From assembly GCA_964035545.1 (NCBI GenBank), contig OZ037772.1:6618889-6682888 (forward strand): 64,000 nt of DNA. The letters run 5' to 3'. The translations under genes were made by a program, and so were the position numbers. The DNA comes from Bugula neritina (Eukaryota; Animalia; Bryozoa). The number at the start of each line of letters is the position of its first letter. Positions within the stretch are counted from its first letter, which is position 1. Below, piece by piece: positions 48,320-60,400 of this stretch. The notes below the pieces were generated by a model that saw only the letters and a list, made by a program, of their open reading frames with translations, ran no database searches and was not told where the DNA came from.

Positions 48320-51300
48320 TACTAATGATAGTCTCCACGCTCATTGTAATGCTCACAATAGTCTATATACATGTATATTTGCTATGAGAAAAAGAGTTCA
48401 ATGCAGTTCCTTTCAGAAAAAAAACAATGCTAAATTGCGAGCAAGGAATTCCCCATTTAGACTAACAGCTTTTCCAAATCAATTTTATTGCCGTTGATGA
48501 TTTTCCAATAAGAACATAACAATATTGCAAGAGCAAAGGCTGCAATGCTATTACAAAAAAACTGCTTGATTTCCGCTTGAGTGCTACTAATGAATGCCTG
48601 CTCAATATATCAATATTATGTTTCACAGCATGAGATTCTAAGCCAGCGTTAATATGATCAAAGCTAGGCTTGATCAAAATATAGATTTTAGCACATTGTG
48701 GAGTTAAGTATTCAATAGAGTCAAAGGCTACGCAAATATTAAGAAACAAAAGAGTCTACTGAAAGATAAAGGGTATATGTTAATAAAACGAAACTGATTG
48801 CCATTTTATATGTAAGTTACTCCTTCAATTGCTTTCTGCTCCAGTATAGCTACATACCATCTACTGTGTCACTCCACTGCTTATACTACTCTAGTATAAC
48901 TACACACCAATTACTGTACTATTGAGTGAGAGAGGTGAGTTAAAAACCTTAACATGTTTTCTTTTCCATATTCTACTTTAGTTCTTATGAAATTGAGCTA
49001 AAGATAGGCTCTGGTGACTATAGCTATTTATACTTTTTTTCCTATAACCTGCCTATTGTAATTTTGTTTTCTAATTTATTGCTTGGATATTGTATATAAC
49101 TAACAGGTTTCAAACTGGTTGACCTACATTCAATAGAGCTGGAAGTTTGTTACTCCAATATATAGAAAATTCTCATAAGACATAAAATGACTAAATTGTG
49201 AGACTTTATTGTTTATATGTTTACACTTTGAATACTAACTCTTTTATAATTTACAATCTATGCTATTGCGTACAACAAGATTTGTTATTAATGGATATTC
49301 AATAATCAGCAAGACTGGCATGGAAGTTTTTTTAAAACAGTAACCAAGCGGTAAAAAGTGGCAGGTTACTAAAACATGGCATGATAAAGCGAGATACTAT
49401 TTATGAAATATTACACAAAAGACATTCAGTATTTACTAATATTATGCAATGTACAAGAGTTTATGACCTCCTATCTGAATAACTGTACAATTATAACATG
49501 AGAGCATAACTGCTATAATTTTGGAGTTTATATATATTTAACAACATTCCAACTGGTTGACCTACAATCAATGGTGCTCTAGATTATATTTTACTACAAA
49601 GTTCCTATAAAACATATAATCATTTTTAAATTTTGAGATGTTATAATTATTGATTATAAGTTTTTTTCCATACAATCCCGACCAAGGTAAAATATTTTTT
49701 ATGGAAACTAATGCGGTATGTACATGTATGTGTGCATGATGGTGTAAAAGCATTCCTAAAGTAATTATTATTAAGCAGTTGATAGCATATAACAATAGGG
49801 TTAAAACATGATGTTCTATATTTATCACCACATGCTTATTAGATTTGCAATATTATTTTTGATCACAGCTAGGAGACGAGAACCATATAAAGTTGTTTTG
49901 ATATAAGAGGTTAATAATGATCAAAAGAAAATTATACATGAATCAATAAGTATATATACAGATTGAGAGCAGTTAGTATAGCATCTGAGTCCTGCCAATT
50001 ATACCAACAAACCTTTCTTATTATCATAATGAATGCTATTGAGAAACGATTATAGACAAATAGCATATACTCTAATGAAAAGAAATGAAACTGCCATTAA
50101 CTGAACCTTTTCCTTTTCTGTCAATATTGACATATTGTATTGTATTTGATATAATATTAGTTGACATGCGTGTTGTAATAAAGTAACTTGATAAAGTCTC
50201 AATAGCTAGGACAGGTTCAACCTTAAACAACCCACTAACTCAGCAGAGTATAGTCCTTACATGCAGACACATACTATATATAAAATTATTAAATTTTAAA
50301 AGCCACACCTAGTGGGCAATTTATTAACTTAGTTGGAGTAACAATTGTAGGTATACAGACTATAGTTTTAGGCCACAGTTAGAATAATTAGGATTACAAA
50401 AATTATGCAACAGTATCTACCAACAAAGGTCTCCAGGCTCATTATAACACTCACAATAGACTATATTAATGTATTTGCTATGGCAAGAAAAATTCAATAC
50501 GGTTCCTTTCAGAAAAAAACAATGCTAAATGGCAAGCAGACTAAGTAACAGCTTTTCCAAATCAGTTTTATTGTAGTAGATGATTTTCCAATAAGAACTT
50601 ACCAAGATTGTAAGAGCAAAGGCTACAATGCTATTACAAAAATGAAACTGCTTGATTTCTCCTTGACTACTTTCAATGAATGCCTGCTCAATAAATCAAT
50701 ATTATGTTTTATAGTATGAGATTCAAAGCCAGCTTTATTGTGAACAAATCTAGATTTGCTCAAAATATAGATTTTGGCATATTGTGGGGTGAAGCATTCA
50801 ATAGAGTCAGAGGCTAGGTAAATATTGTGAAACAAAGGAGCCTGCTAAAAGACAAAAGCTTAGTTTGATAAAATGAAACTGACTGCCATTTTATACAATG
50901 TACAATATATGCGAGTTACTCCTTCAGCTGTTTTCTGCTCCAGTATAGCTACATACCATCTACTGTATCACTCCACTGCTTCGTACTCTAGTATAACTAT
51001 ACGCACCAATTACTGTACCATTGAGTGAGAGAGGTGAGTTAAAAACCTTAACATGTTTTCTTTTCTATATTCTACTTTAGTTCTTGTGAAATTGAGCTAA
51101 AGATAGGCTCTGGTGACTATATCTATTTATACCCTTTCTTATAAGCTGCCTATTGTAAATTTGTTGTCTAATTTTTGAGTAATACTTAGAAGATTACATT
51201 TAAAATTTCTGCACCGACTATAAAAGATAATATGTTTTTTGCTTTTTTATCTCCAATTCATTAAATTTAAAGCTAAGCATCAGAGATAGGTTCTGGTAAT

Positions 51301-51499
51301 TAGTTATTCCTAATTTTTCTTACAAGTTTATTGATGTTATATTTCTGATTTAGCCTTATAAAATTATATATACAATTCTCACACCAACTGCATACAAAAG
51401 ATACTATTATATATTTTTGCAGTCCATAATAGCTTGTTTCATTTCTCCCTTTAATATACTAAGCCCTAAAGCTACTTTTCTACTTGATATTAGATAATA

Positions 51500-54400
51500 A
51501 TGGCTGCCCAGCAACTACCAGAATGGTATGAGTGTGGTTATTGTGTCTCTAAGAGGGATGACATGAGAGATCCAAGAGAGCTGCCTTGTCAGCATGTATT
51601 CTGTTTGAGTTGTATTCAAGGACATTACAGTAAACATAAAACTGTGACCTGCCCTATTAAAACTTGTGGGTAAGTACTATGTACATGTATATACTGATCA
51701 TTTCTCTAAATTATTTATGTCATAGTAATACTGTTGACAAAAGAGTTTTTAGTTGTCTTTGTATACAACTTGTTAAACTTGAGCTACTTTACAAAAGGCT
51801 AAAATCTACTATCAAAAACAGATAAGATTTATTTCTTTAGTGACATAGCACATTTAATTTGTTTATACCGGTCAGATAAATTTTATTTACCGGATTTTCT
51901 TTTCAACTTTCCACATTAATCAATTTTAGAGAAGTGTATGACTCACTAGAGTTTGAGGGTTTACCAAAGGTTACCGTAGCAACTGCTGACTCTAGCACTT
52001 TGTACTGTACAGCTCGTGAATGTCAAGGTCAAATAGCTACATGTTACTGTGTGACATGCAAAGACAAGTTCTGTTCTCAACATCAGCAGGTAAAATAAAA
52101 TTTTCCCTGTACCCCATTTTATATTAGTCAGCTTAATTCATTTAGTACACATGCACTAGAAAATTATGAGCTAGACATTAAATTTTGCTCAGAATTCATC
52201 GAAACTTACTGTACATGGTATATTTATGTGCTGATTTTCATTATGCATAACAGAGAAGGCTGGGATTTTTTTTTTTAATTTCAAATGAAATGTTTAGCTT
52301 GTGCAGCATATGATGCTTTAAGAGGTTTGAAGCAGAATGCATATTTGACAGAATTTGTTCAATTATTGAACCTGAACTAAGTTATAGTAAGTCATTGACT
52401 GCACATGACAATTACGCAGCGCAAATTATAAAACACACCTAATGTGTCAAGTGATCATATAAGTATAGCACAGGCGTTTAAAAAAGAAGTTTGGTTTCTA
52501 ACATCAATACCAACATTACTTCAGAAAATATCATCTGATCATTCTAGGACCACAAAACACTTCACAATGACGTTCACAAAGTGGTGGATATTGATGTCTA
52601 CAAGAAATCACCTGCTAGTTATAATAAGCCAACATGTGAACAACATCAAGAGGTCCTAGTAAGAGCTTGCAGGAAATGTGATAAACTGATTTGCTTTGAG
52701 TGCGAGATTGACGGAGAAGACTGCACAGGTAATATTTGGCAAATCACTGTTGAAAAATTATTTCTAAAAAACACTTCTTACTAAGGTGTATCACTACATT
52801 CACATAACTTCGAATGGATCAGTACGAGTGCTGATATGTATTTGTGATTGCAGTTTGTATTAACTTATGGCTGTGGCGTCATTAGGTGCAACTGTTTTCA
52901 AAATTGCACAAAAAACTAATTTGCTAAGTGTGAAGCTTGAAATTGTAGTGATGCTGTAAACCACTAAGTTTTCCTTTATTTTCTAATGATATAATTACAA
53001 TTTTTCACATAATCTTGTAGACACAAAATGATCAACAATTTAGTCTTCGAAGTAAAAATGGTTTGGCTTATCTTTTAGGATTGGTTAGTAGTTTTATGTA
53101 TCCATGATAGAACTATTCAAATTTTTGAACAATTATTTTATTTATTCATTGATTATTACTCTTAATCACTTGAACAAGGCTCATACACTGTTGTTTTATA
53201 ATTAAATAGTATTTTCCGGTTTCAACATCTGACTGAACAAAAACTAACTCAACACTTGAGAGTCAATTGTTGTTAACTGGTTATAGTGTAATGGATTTCA
53301 GTGGTGCAATTTATGTTAGTATTATATCGAAAGGGTCGACTCTATACTGTATGCTATAGTGGAGTTCGACTACATCGACCTCCTGCGACTTGTAGCTATA
53401 GCCAACAGTAGCACCACTAGTAACGACCAATCAGGACTGACATTCTAATTGATAGCAGGTGGGGCTAGCTACTCGTAGTGGAAGCGCGCTGAGTAGCTAG
53501 CCAGGCAGAGCAGCTTGGGACTTCATTTAGAGTAGTTATGTAACCGTTTCTATTCATGTTTAGCAGCAATTAGAACTTCTTGTATCGTGAAAATAATAAA
53601 CTTATCATAGCGTAAACAACCTGGTGTAGTGGCTTTGTTTAAGTTGACCCACACATAATATAGTGAATTGTGAAATTCACTACAGTGGGATCCCACCTAA
53701 TACAAATGCTCCTAGCCAGGGAGTAAGATGGCCGACGAGGACGACGCGCCCAGACAGGGACCGGCAGCAATAGAGGAGGATGACATAGGCGGCCCAGCGC
53801 TGCCTATGGACAGGTACCACTTGCGGCCTCCCATCTTCTCAGGGGAAGAAGATGTGGAGCAATTCATCACTGAGTTTAGTGATGTGGCGGACATCTGCGG
53901 ATGGCCGAATAGGGTTACTCTGATCCAGCTGCGGTTATGTCTGACAGGGCCGGCTAAACCATATGGGATAAGCCAGAATGTCGGTGACATATTTGAAGCA
54001 TTACGAGCTCGGTTTGGATTAATCGCTCGAGATGCTCGCGCGCAACTGCAGGGGCTTAGGAGAAATCCTGAGACCAACCTGCGAGAGCATGCTATCGCAG
54101 TCGAACGACTTGCCTGCTGATAGTCGACAGAGCCTAGCACTGGATGCATTCCTCCAGTCTATTAACAACCTCGGTCTAAAACAGCATCTGCTGGTGGCCG
54201 AAGTTAAGACTATGGAGAGAGCTCTAAGGCTTGGGAATGCCTATTTCCAAGCCGACAGTGCGAGTCAACCTGGTGCGACGATACAGCAGGTCGGAGCAGA
54301 CGACGACGTGTCGACGTCGCCGGCGAAAACAGCTGTACATGTCGCCTCGGCAGCAGCAGACGAATCGACTAGCTTGACCACAAGCTTGATTCCAGAACTG

Positions 54401-57400
54401 CTAGCCGAGATCAGGCAACTGCGCCAGCAGTCGACAGCCGAGCGACCCAGGAGGTCTTCGGTAGCTGTCGACGACAGGCGCCGCCCCGTATGCTGGCGCT
54501 GTGGTAGTGGTGGGCACTTCATACGAAGTTGCCCCCGCGGTAATGGGAGACAGTTAAACAGCAACGGCCCACGGTAACTTCCGCCAACCGTGGGCCCCAG
54601 TTTAACCCCCCAAGGCAGAGGCCAAGGCCCGAACCCCACCGGGTGAGGAGGCCGCCTTCGCCAGAGTGGCAAGCCCCAAGGAAAGTTAGCAGGCCGCAAA
54701 GCCCACCAAAACCTCCGGTTTAGGCACTCAAAAACCGCTTTGAAGGTTTGCTTGATGAGGGAGTGAACGACGAGTGGGAGCAAAACAGGGATTTTCCTCA
54801 GTTGCCCACACGAGCGTCAGTCCGAGAATTCACTCGGCCGCCCGTGTGTGAGCGAGACCGAGACGTAACCTGCCTGCCCACACAACGTCGACGACCCCCT
54901 CGCAACCGAAAAGCACAGGTGCATCCCCAACTCCACGCACATGAGGTGTCGCCTCAAGAGACGAACCGCTCAGTGAGCGCTCAGCCATATGGAAGCAGCT
55001 ATTTCCTCCCCGGCAAACTTGCTGGCAAAGCTGTCACATTCCCATTGGATACTGGGTGCACCACAAATCTATTCGACACTCTCAGTGCCAGGGACAGGGC
55101 TAGCCTAGAGCCATATGAAAGGGAACACGGCACGTTGGCGGATGGGTCGTGTATTCCTTTCTATGGGGTAATCCAGTTGACTGGTCGAGTCCGTGATCAG
55201 ACGATCAGTGAGACCTTCATCGTCGGTCAACTCAAGGAGGACGCCATCTTGGGCATGCCATTTCTGAAGCGACACAGGTGCTACATCGACTTTAGCAAGT
55301 CGGCGATAGTGACGGCCGGGCGTGAGCTGGCCTGTGTCGACCGATTTGGCCGACGTTTGGTGGGGGGAGTGCTGGTGGTACAGCGTTGCACTGTACCTGG
55401 GCGCTACGGGCTACAGTTCCCTGCAGAGTGAACTGTAGGGAAATCTCCGAGTTAGGAGTGGTGGAAGGTGCACTAGGGGGCGTCCAGCTCGCTAACAGCC
55501 TGAATAGGCTGGATGAGCGGGGGGAGTTCCTAGTCCAGTGCGTAAACCCTTTCACGGAGCCGGTAGAATTGCCGGCTTGGTCTCTAGTGGGCAAGTTCCA
55601 CTTTATGCAGGAGGAAGATGTAGGGCCCGCGCTGGAGACGGCGGACAAAGCCCGTGGGGTACCCACTAGAGACGGCAGGGGGCCGGTGCCTGAACACGTA
55701 GCGGAGTCGTACGAGGATGCCTGTGATGGCTGTGAGGGCAAGCGAGAACGCCTGGTGATGGCGCGGCTACTCTCTGAGTACAAGGACGTGTTTAGTTGCG
55801 GCTACCGTGATATGGGTCTGACTAAGACTGTCTGTCATGAGATACCCCTGGCGGCAGGGACGGCGCCCATTCGGCAGCCGACCCGCCGGTTAGGTCCTGA
55901 GAAGGAGAGAGAAGTGAGCCGTCAGGTGCAAGACCTTCTGAACTGGGACCTGATTGAGCCAGGCCATGGGGCCTGGAGTTCTCCAGGCGTCCTGGTTCGG
56001 AAAAAGGATGGTAGCTGGAGGTTTTGCGTTGACTATAGCAGGCTGAACAGCGTGACCATCCAGGACGCTTACCCTCTCCCTAGGATCGATGAGTTGCTCG
56101 ATGCCTTAGCTGGTAGCAAGTTTTTCAGCACGTTGGACTTGCTAAGCGGGTATTGGCAAGAGCCCCTAAGTCCTGAAGCACAGGACAAGCCCCGTTTATA
56201 ATGCGGGATGGGCTCTGGAAATGGAAGGTGTTGCCATTCGGACTTACGTTCGCACCGGCCACCTTCCAGCGACTCATGGAGCAGGTCCTGAGTGGGCTGC
56301 ACTGGAAGACCTTGCTTATCTATCTCGATGATGTCATTGTCATCTCAGGGAGGTGTTTGACAGGCTTCGAGCTGCGGGTCTGAAGCTCAAGCCCTCTAAG
56401 TGTGCATTATTGCAACGCGAGGTTAAGTACCTGGACCATGTAGTTGGTCGAGACAGGGTCGCCACCGACCCCGAGAAGGTAAGGGCTGTAAGGGACTGGG
56501 CTGTCCCTGTCGACCCCCCTGAATTGCGGGCATTCCTGGGACTGGTAGGGTACTATCGTCAGTACATACCAGACGTTGCCGGAATTGCACAGCCGTTAAA
56601 TCGGCTGACAGCAAAAGGGGTGCGATGGCAGTGGACGCAGGCCGAGCGGAGAGCATTTGACAACCTGAAGGATCGCCGGGTGGAAGCACCCATCTTGGCG
56701 TATCCTGACCCTGCGAAGGTGTACATTTTGGATACTGATGCCAGTAACCATAATGTGGGCGCTGTGCTATCGCAGGTCCAAGATGGTCGCGAGGTGGTGG
56801 TGGCTTACTATAGCAAGGCCCTGTCGGCGCCTGAGAAGAACTACTGTACAACCAGGAGGGAACTCTTGGCAGTAGTCAAGGCGGTCAAACACTTTAGACC
56901 ATATCTATATAGACGAACATTCCGTCTTCGGACGGATCATGCGTCTTTGATATGGCTGTGTCGACGGGGGGAACCATCAAGCCAAGTAGCGCGCTGGCTA
57001 GAGATCCTGGCAGAGTTTTCTTATCGGATCGAACATCGACCCGGTAAGAAACATGGTGATGCCGATTGACTTAGCCGCCGCCAGGCAGATGGGTGTAAGC
57101 AGTGCCAGAATATTGAGCGCAGGGACGGTGGACCCCCTCGCTCGGACGTTGAAGCGCAGTTGGGAAAAGCGGGTGTGTACAGCTGGGAAGAAGGACAACT
57201 CCTGTCCGAATCTCCTAACAAAGCTGTTAACAACCTTCACGCAAACCCCACGTTGCTCAAGAACGTCATGGAGCTATGTCGGCTCCAGGCTACGCTACCA
57301 GGGGTGGTAGCTGGCCTATTCCGGGCCAAGAAGGAGGGACGGCAGCCGAGTGAGGCCGAACAGCGAGTGAAGAGTGCAGAGTTTAAGTACTTCTGTGACC

Positions 57401-60400
57401 ACTGGGACTCCCTCAGGTTCAACAGCGATGGGCTGCTAATGATCACGTTGGCAGCCGGCACCAATCGCAGTGAACGAGAGAGGGTAGTCTGCTCGTCCGC
57501 TCTGAGGCGGGAGTTGATCTGGGACACCCATAGGCAAACTCACGCCGGAGCTACCGAAGACACCTAGTCACCCGGGTGACTAGGTGTCTTCAACTCCAGT
57601 GGTTTTGACCCGGTATGACCAGGGATGTCAGAGTCCGGGTGCGGAAGTGCGAGGTGTGCCAAGCTAACAAGCATGGCCGCCCCCCTGAGACCACAGGGAG
57701 GCGTCGTCTCCATGCCGGTCGTCCGTGGCAGGTAGTTGCTGTCGATCTGGTAGGCCCCATGCCCACAACAGCGAGAGGTAATAACTGGATACTGGTATTA
57801 ACTGACCATTTCACGCGGTGGGCTGATGTACTGGCTATCCCAGATGCGTCGGCACCCTCGGTGGCCAGAGCCTTGGATCAGCAGGTGTTCTGCTATTTCG
57901 GCTTGCCGGAGGAGATACACTCTCATCAAGGCGCCCAGTTTCAGTCGCAACTTATGAGCAATCTCTGTAAAATGTGGGGGGTAAACCAGAGTCAGACGAC
58001 CCCGTATCACCCGCAAGGGAACGGGGTTGTGGAGCGGAACAACCGAATGCTAGGGGACTCTCTGAGAAGCCTGCTTATCGGTAGGAGCCAGGAAGAGTGG
58101 GACTTGGTGCTGCCGCAGATCATGCGAGCGTACTGTAGTACCTCTCACTCCAGTACACTGGAGACCCCTAATTTTCTCATGCTGGGGAGAGAAACCAGGG
58201 TTCCTGAGCACGTAACCTATCATGTTTCGACTCCCGAGAGCAACGTCCACGATTACGTGGAAAAGCTCGTAAAACGCATGGGGACGGCTCACGAGGTGCT
58301 ACGTGAGCAGCAGTGGCAGGTCAGAAGTGGTGACTCTGACGACCCCCCTTTATATAAGGTGGGAGACTGGGTCTGGATGACCAGTCATCGCCGACGGCGC
58401 GGACAGGCAGCCAAATTGCAGCCGAAGTTCGTAGGTCCTTACTGCGTAATTGAGGTAATGCCAAATCACACTTATAAAGTGGAACGGTCTGGACAAGTGT
58501 CCACCCAGAACGAGGCACGGCTAAAACCTCACTGGGCGAGTCCTGATGCGGCAGGTCAAGCACTTCCTCTCTTAGAGCCCGCTAGACGCCCTCCTATAAG
58601 GAGGCGAGGCATGGCATATAGAGAGATTGAGGAGATACTGCAAGATCAGGACGGGGCGGCTGACGCGCCGCCCGACCAGCCTCAGCTACCTCCACCCCAG
58701 GGGGAGGAAGCCGACACACCAGAAGACCTGTCAGAGCCGGCCCCATCACCTGTGGAGCCGGTCGACAGGCCCATCGTCCCGGATGAGATGGAAATTCCTC
58801 AAAATCATGAGGAAAAGGCAGCTGGGGGAGGACCACCCGTACTGGTGGACCCCCCGTACTGGCGACACCACCCGTGGTGGAAGAGTCACCAGTCGTAGCA
58901 AATTCCCCAGTGCAGTTGGAGCGTAGGCAACGCACTAGGGCGCCTCCAACTTATTTAAAAGATTTCTTGTGTGATGCAGTGGAAAAACATCCATCAGCTA
59001 TCATAAAAGAAATCTGGGGGGACGAGCAATTGAGAAATGCATTTCCAAAATATAAGGAGACACAACTGTGAGTTGCCTACCTAGTGGTGTAAATATAAAA
59101 CACCACCGGGGGTAAAAAAAAGAGCGAAGCCAGCTCGCTAGTGAAAGGGGTATTATTTAATCACTTTTACTGCGAAGAGCGTTCTTTTCTACTTTAACTG
59201 CCAACGTGCACGCATGTACTTGGCAGGCTGGCGTACTACGTAGCCTAAGTGGGCAGCAGACTAACGTCAGGGCTATCTTTTGGTAAGTCTACTAGTATAA
59301 TTCTATTATTTAAGTAGAATTCAAGCTGGTAGCGTTAAATCAGTCTCGCTTTATCATAACGATAAAGCTGGTTTCCCAAGTCAGGTGATTCACTGACGAC
59401 TTGAGTGGGGCAATCGACCGCATGATTTAATAATAATCAGTGATTAGTAGATTGCGAGACTCAGTCGAGGTGTCGTACTGACAGGTGCAAAACCCTTCAA
59501 CAGTTTCTGGCATTCTGTTGCAGGTGAGACTTTAATGGCGGAGCATAACTCTTTCTCCTGGCACCACCGTAACACAGTCACACATCATTCATCATATTCA
59601 TGTCGACTACGATGCTGGCTGCTTGACTGGACTCTTGCAGCGCCATAACACCAATGCTGGTGACTGTCGTGGCAGATGGTGCCCCACAATGATAAGGTGC
59701 AGAGAGGCAGCTGACAGAGGAGTTCTTCCCCTTTCTCGTCCTAGCGACAATGCATCGACGTAACATTACTTCAAGAGGGATGCCATTAGACAAAGTAGCT
59801 CTTCCCTCTCCTCTCCTGGCGACGGCGTACCGATATAATAATACTGCCAGAAGGATACAACTAGACAGAGTAGTTCCTCTCTCTTTTCGCCCGTAGCGAC
59901 ATCATAATAATAAAACAGTATAATAAATAATAAGAAGTAACAAGTAATACTAAAGATTCCTGCATGAAGTAATACTTAAATATAAAAGTCAAGATGAAGA
60001 AGTCTTCAACTCCCTCCTTTGGGAATTCGACGGTGATGAGTGTGGATGTTGGTATTTGACACGACCCTATAGGAAGAGACCAGTCAACCCCCCTCTTTCT
60101 TCTCCCCCCTTTGGGGAGATTCCTTTGCCACGCTTGATTCTTCTGGGGGCTTCCCGAGGCCGCCATTGCTTGGTTCGGACTAGATGGATGTGATACAGTA
60201 CATCTCCTTCCCCCACTATGTTCATGCTGTCTTACATTATTTGGTGAGCGACACTCGACCCTGCGACAGATCCGGATCGATTGTCCTATTAATATTATAA
60301 ATCACCTTGAGTATGTTATTTTGTGTTTTCTTAATCCTGTTTGGTTTTTTTTGGATATTTTGTATTATTTTATTTTTTTTTTAATGTTGTCACACAAGCA

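Larger units (their letters stand above)
45000..51190 (+). repeat. Tandemly duplicated ~1.9-kb intergenic unit (45000-49100 including two insertions; 49250-51190), also homologous to 15725-17650
   Basis: Colinear anchors (tcagcaagact, ataacatgagagcataactgctataatttt, ttaaacaacccactaact, aagagcaaaggct, ctctggtgacta) occur in all three segments. Confidence 0.85.

Noticed and set aside
53712-58935. Numerous minus-strand ORFs over the Gypsy elements
   Set aside because: Antisense shadows of GC-richer gag-pol sequence, with no recognisable motifs.
59380-59430. Hammerhead ribozyme core (CTGACGA) in the Gypsy 3' region
   Set aside because: No matching GAAA or closing helices found by eye.
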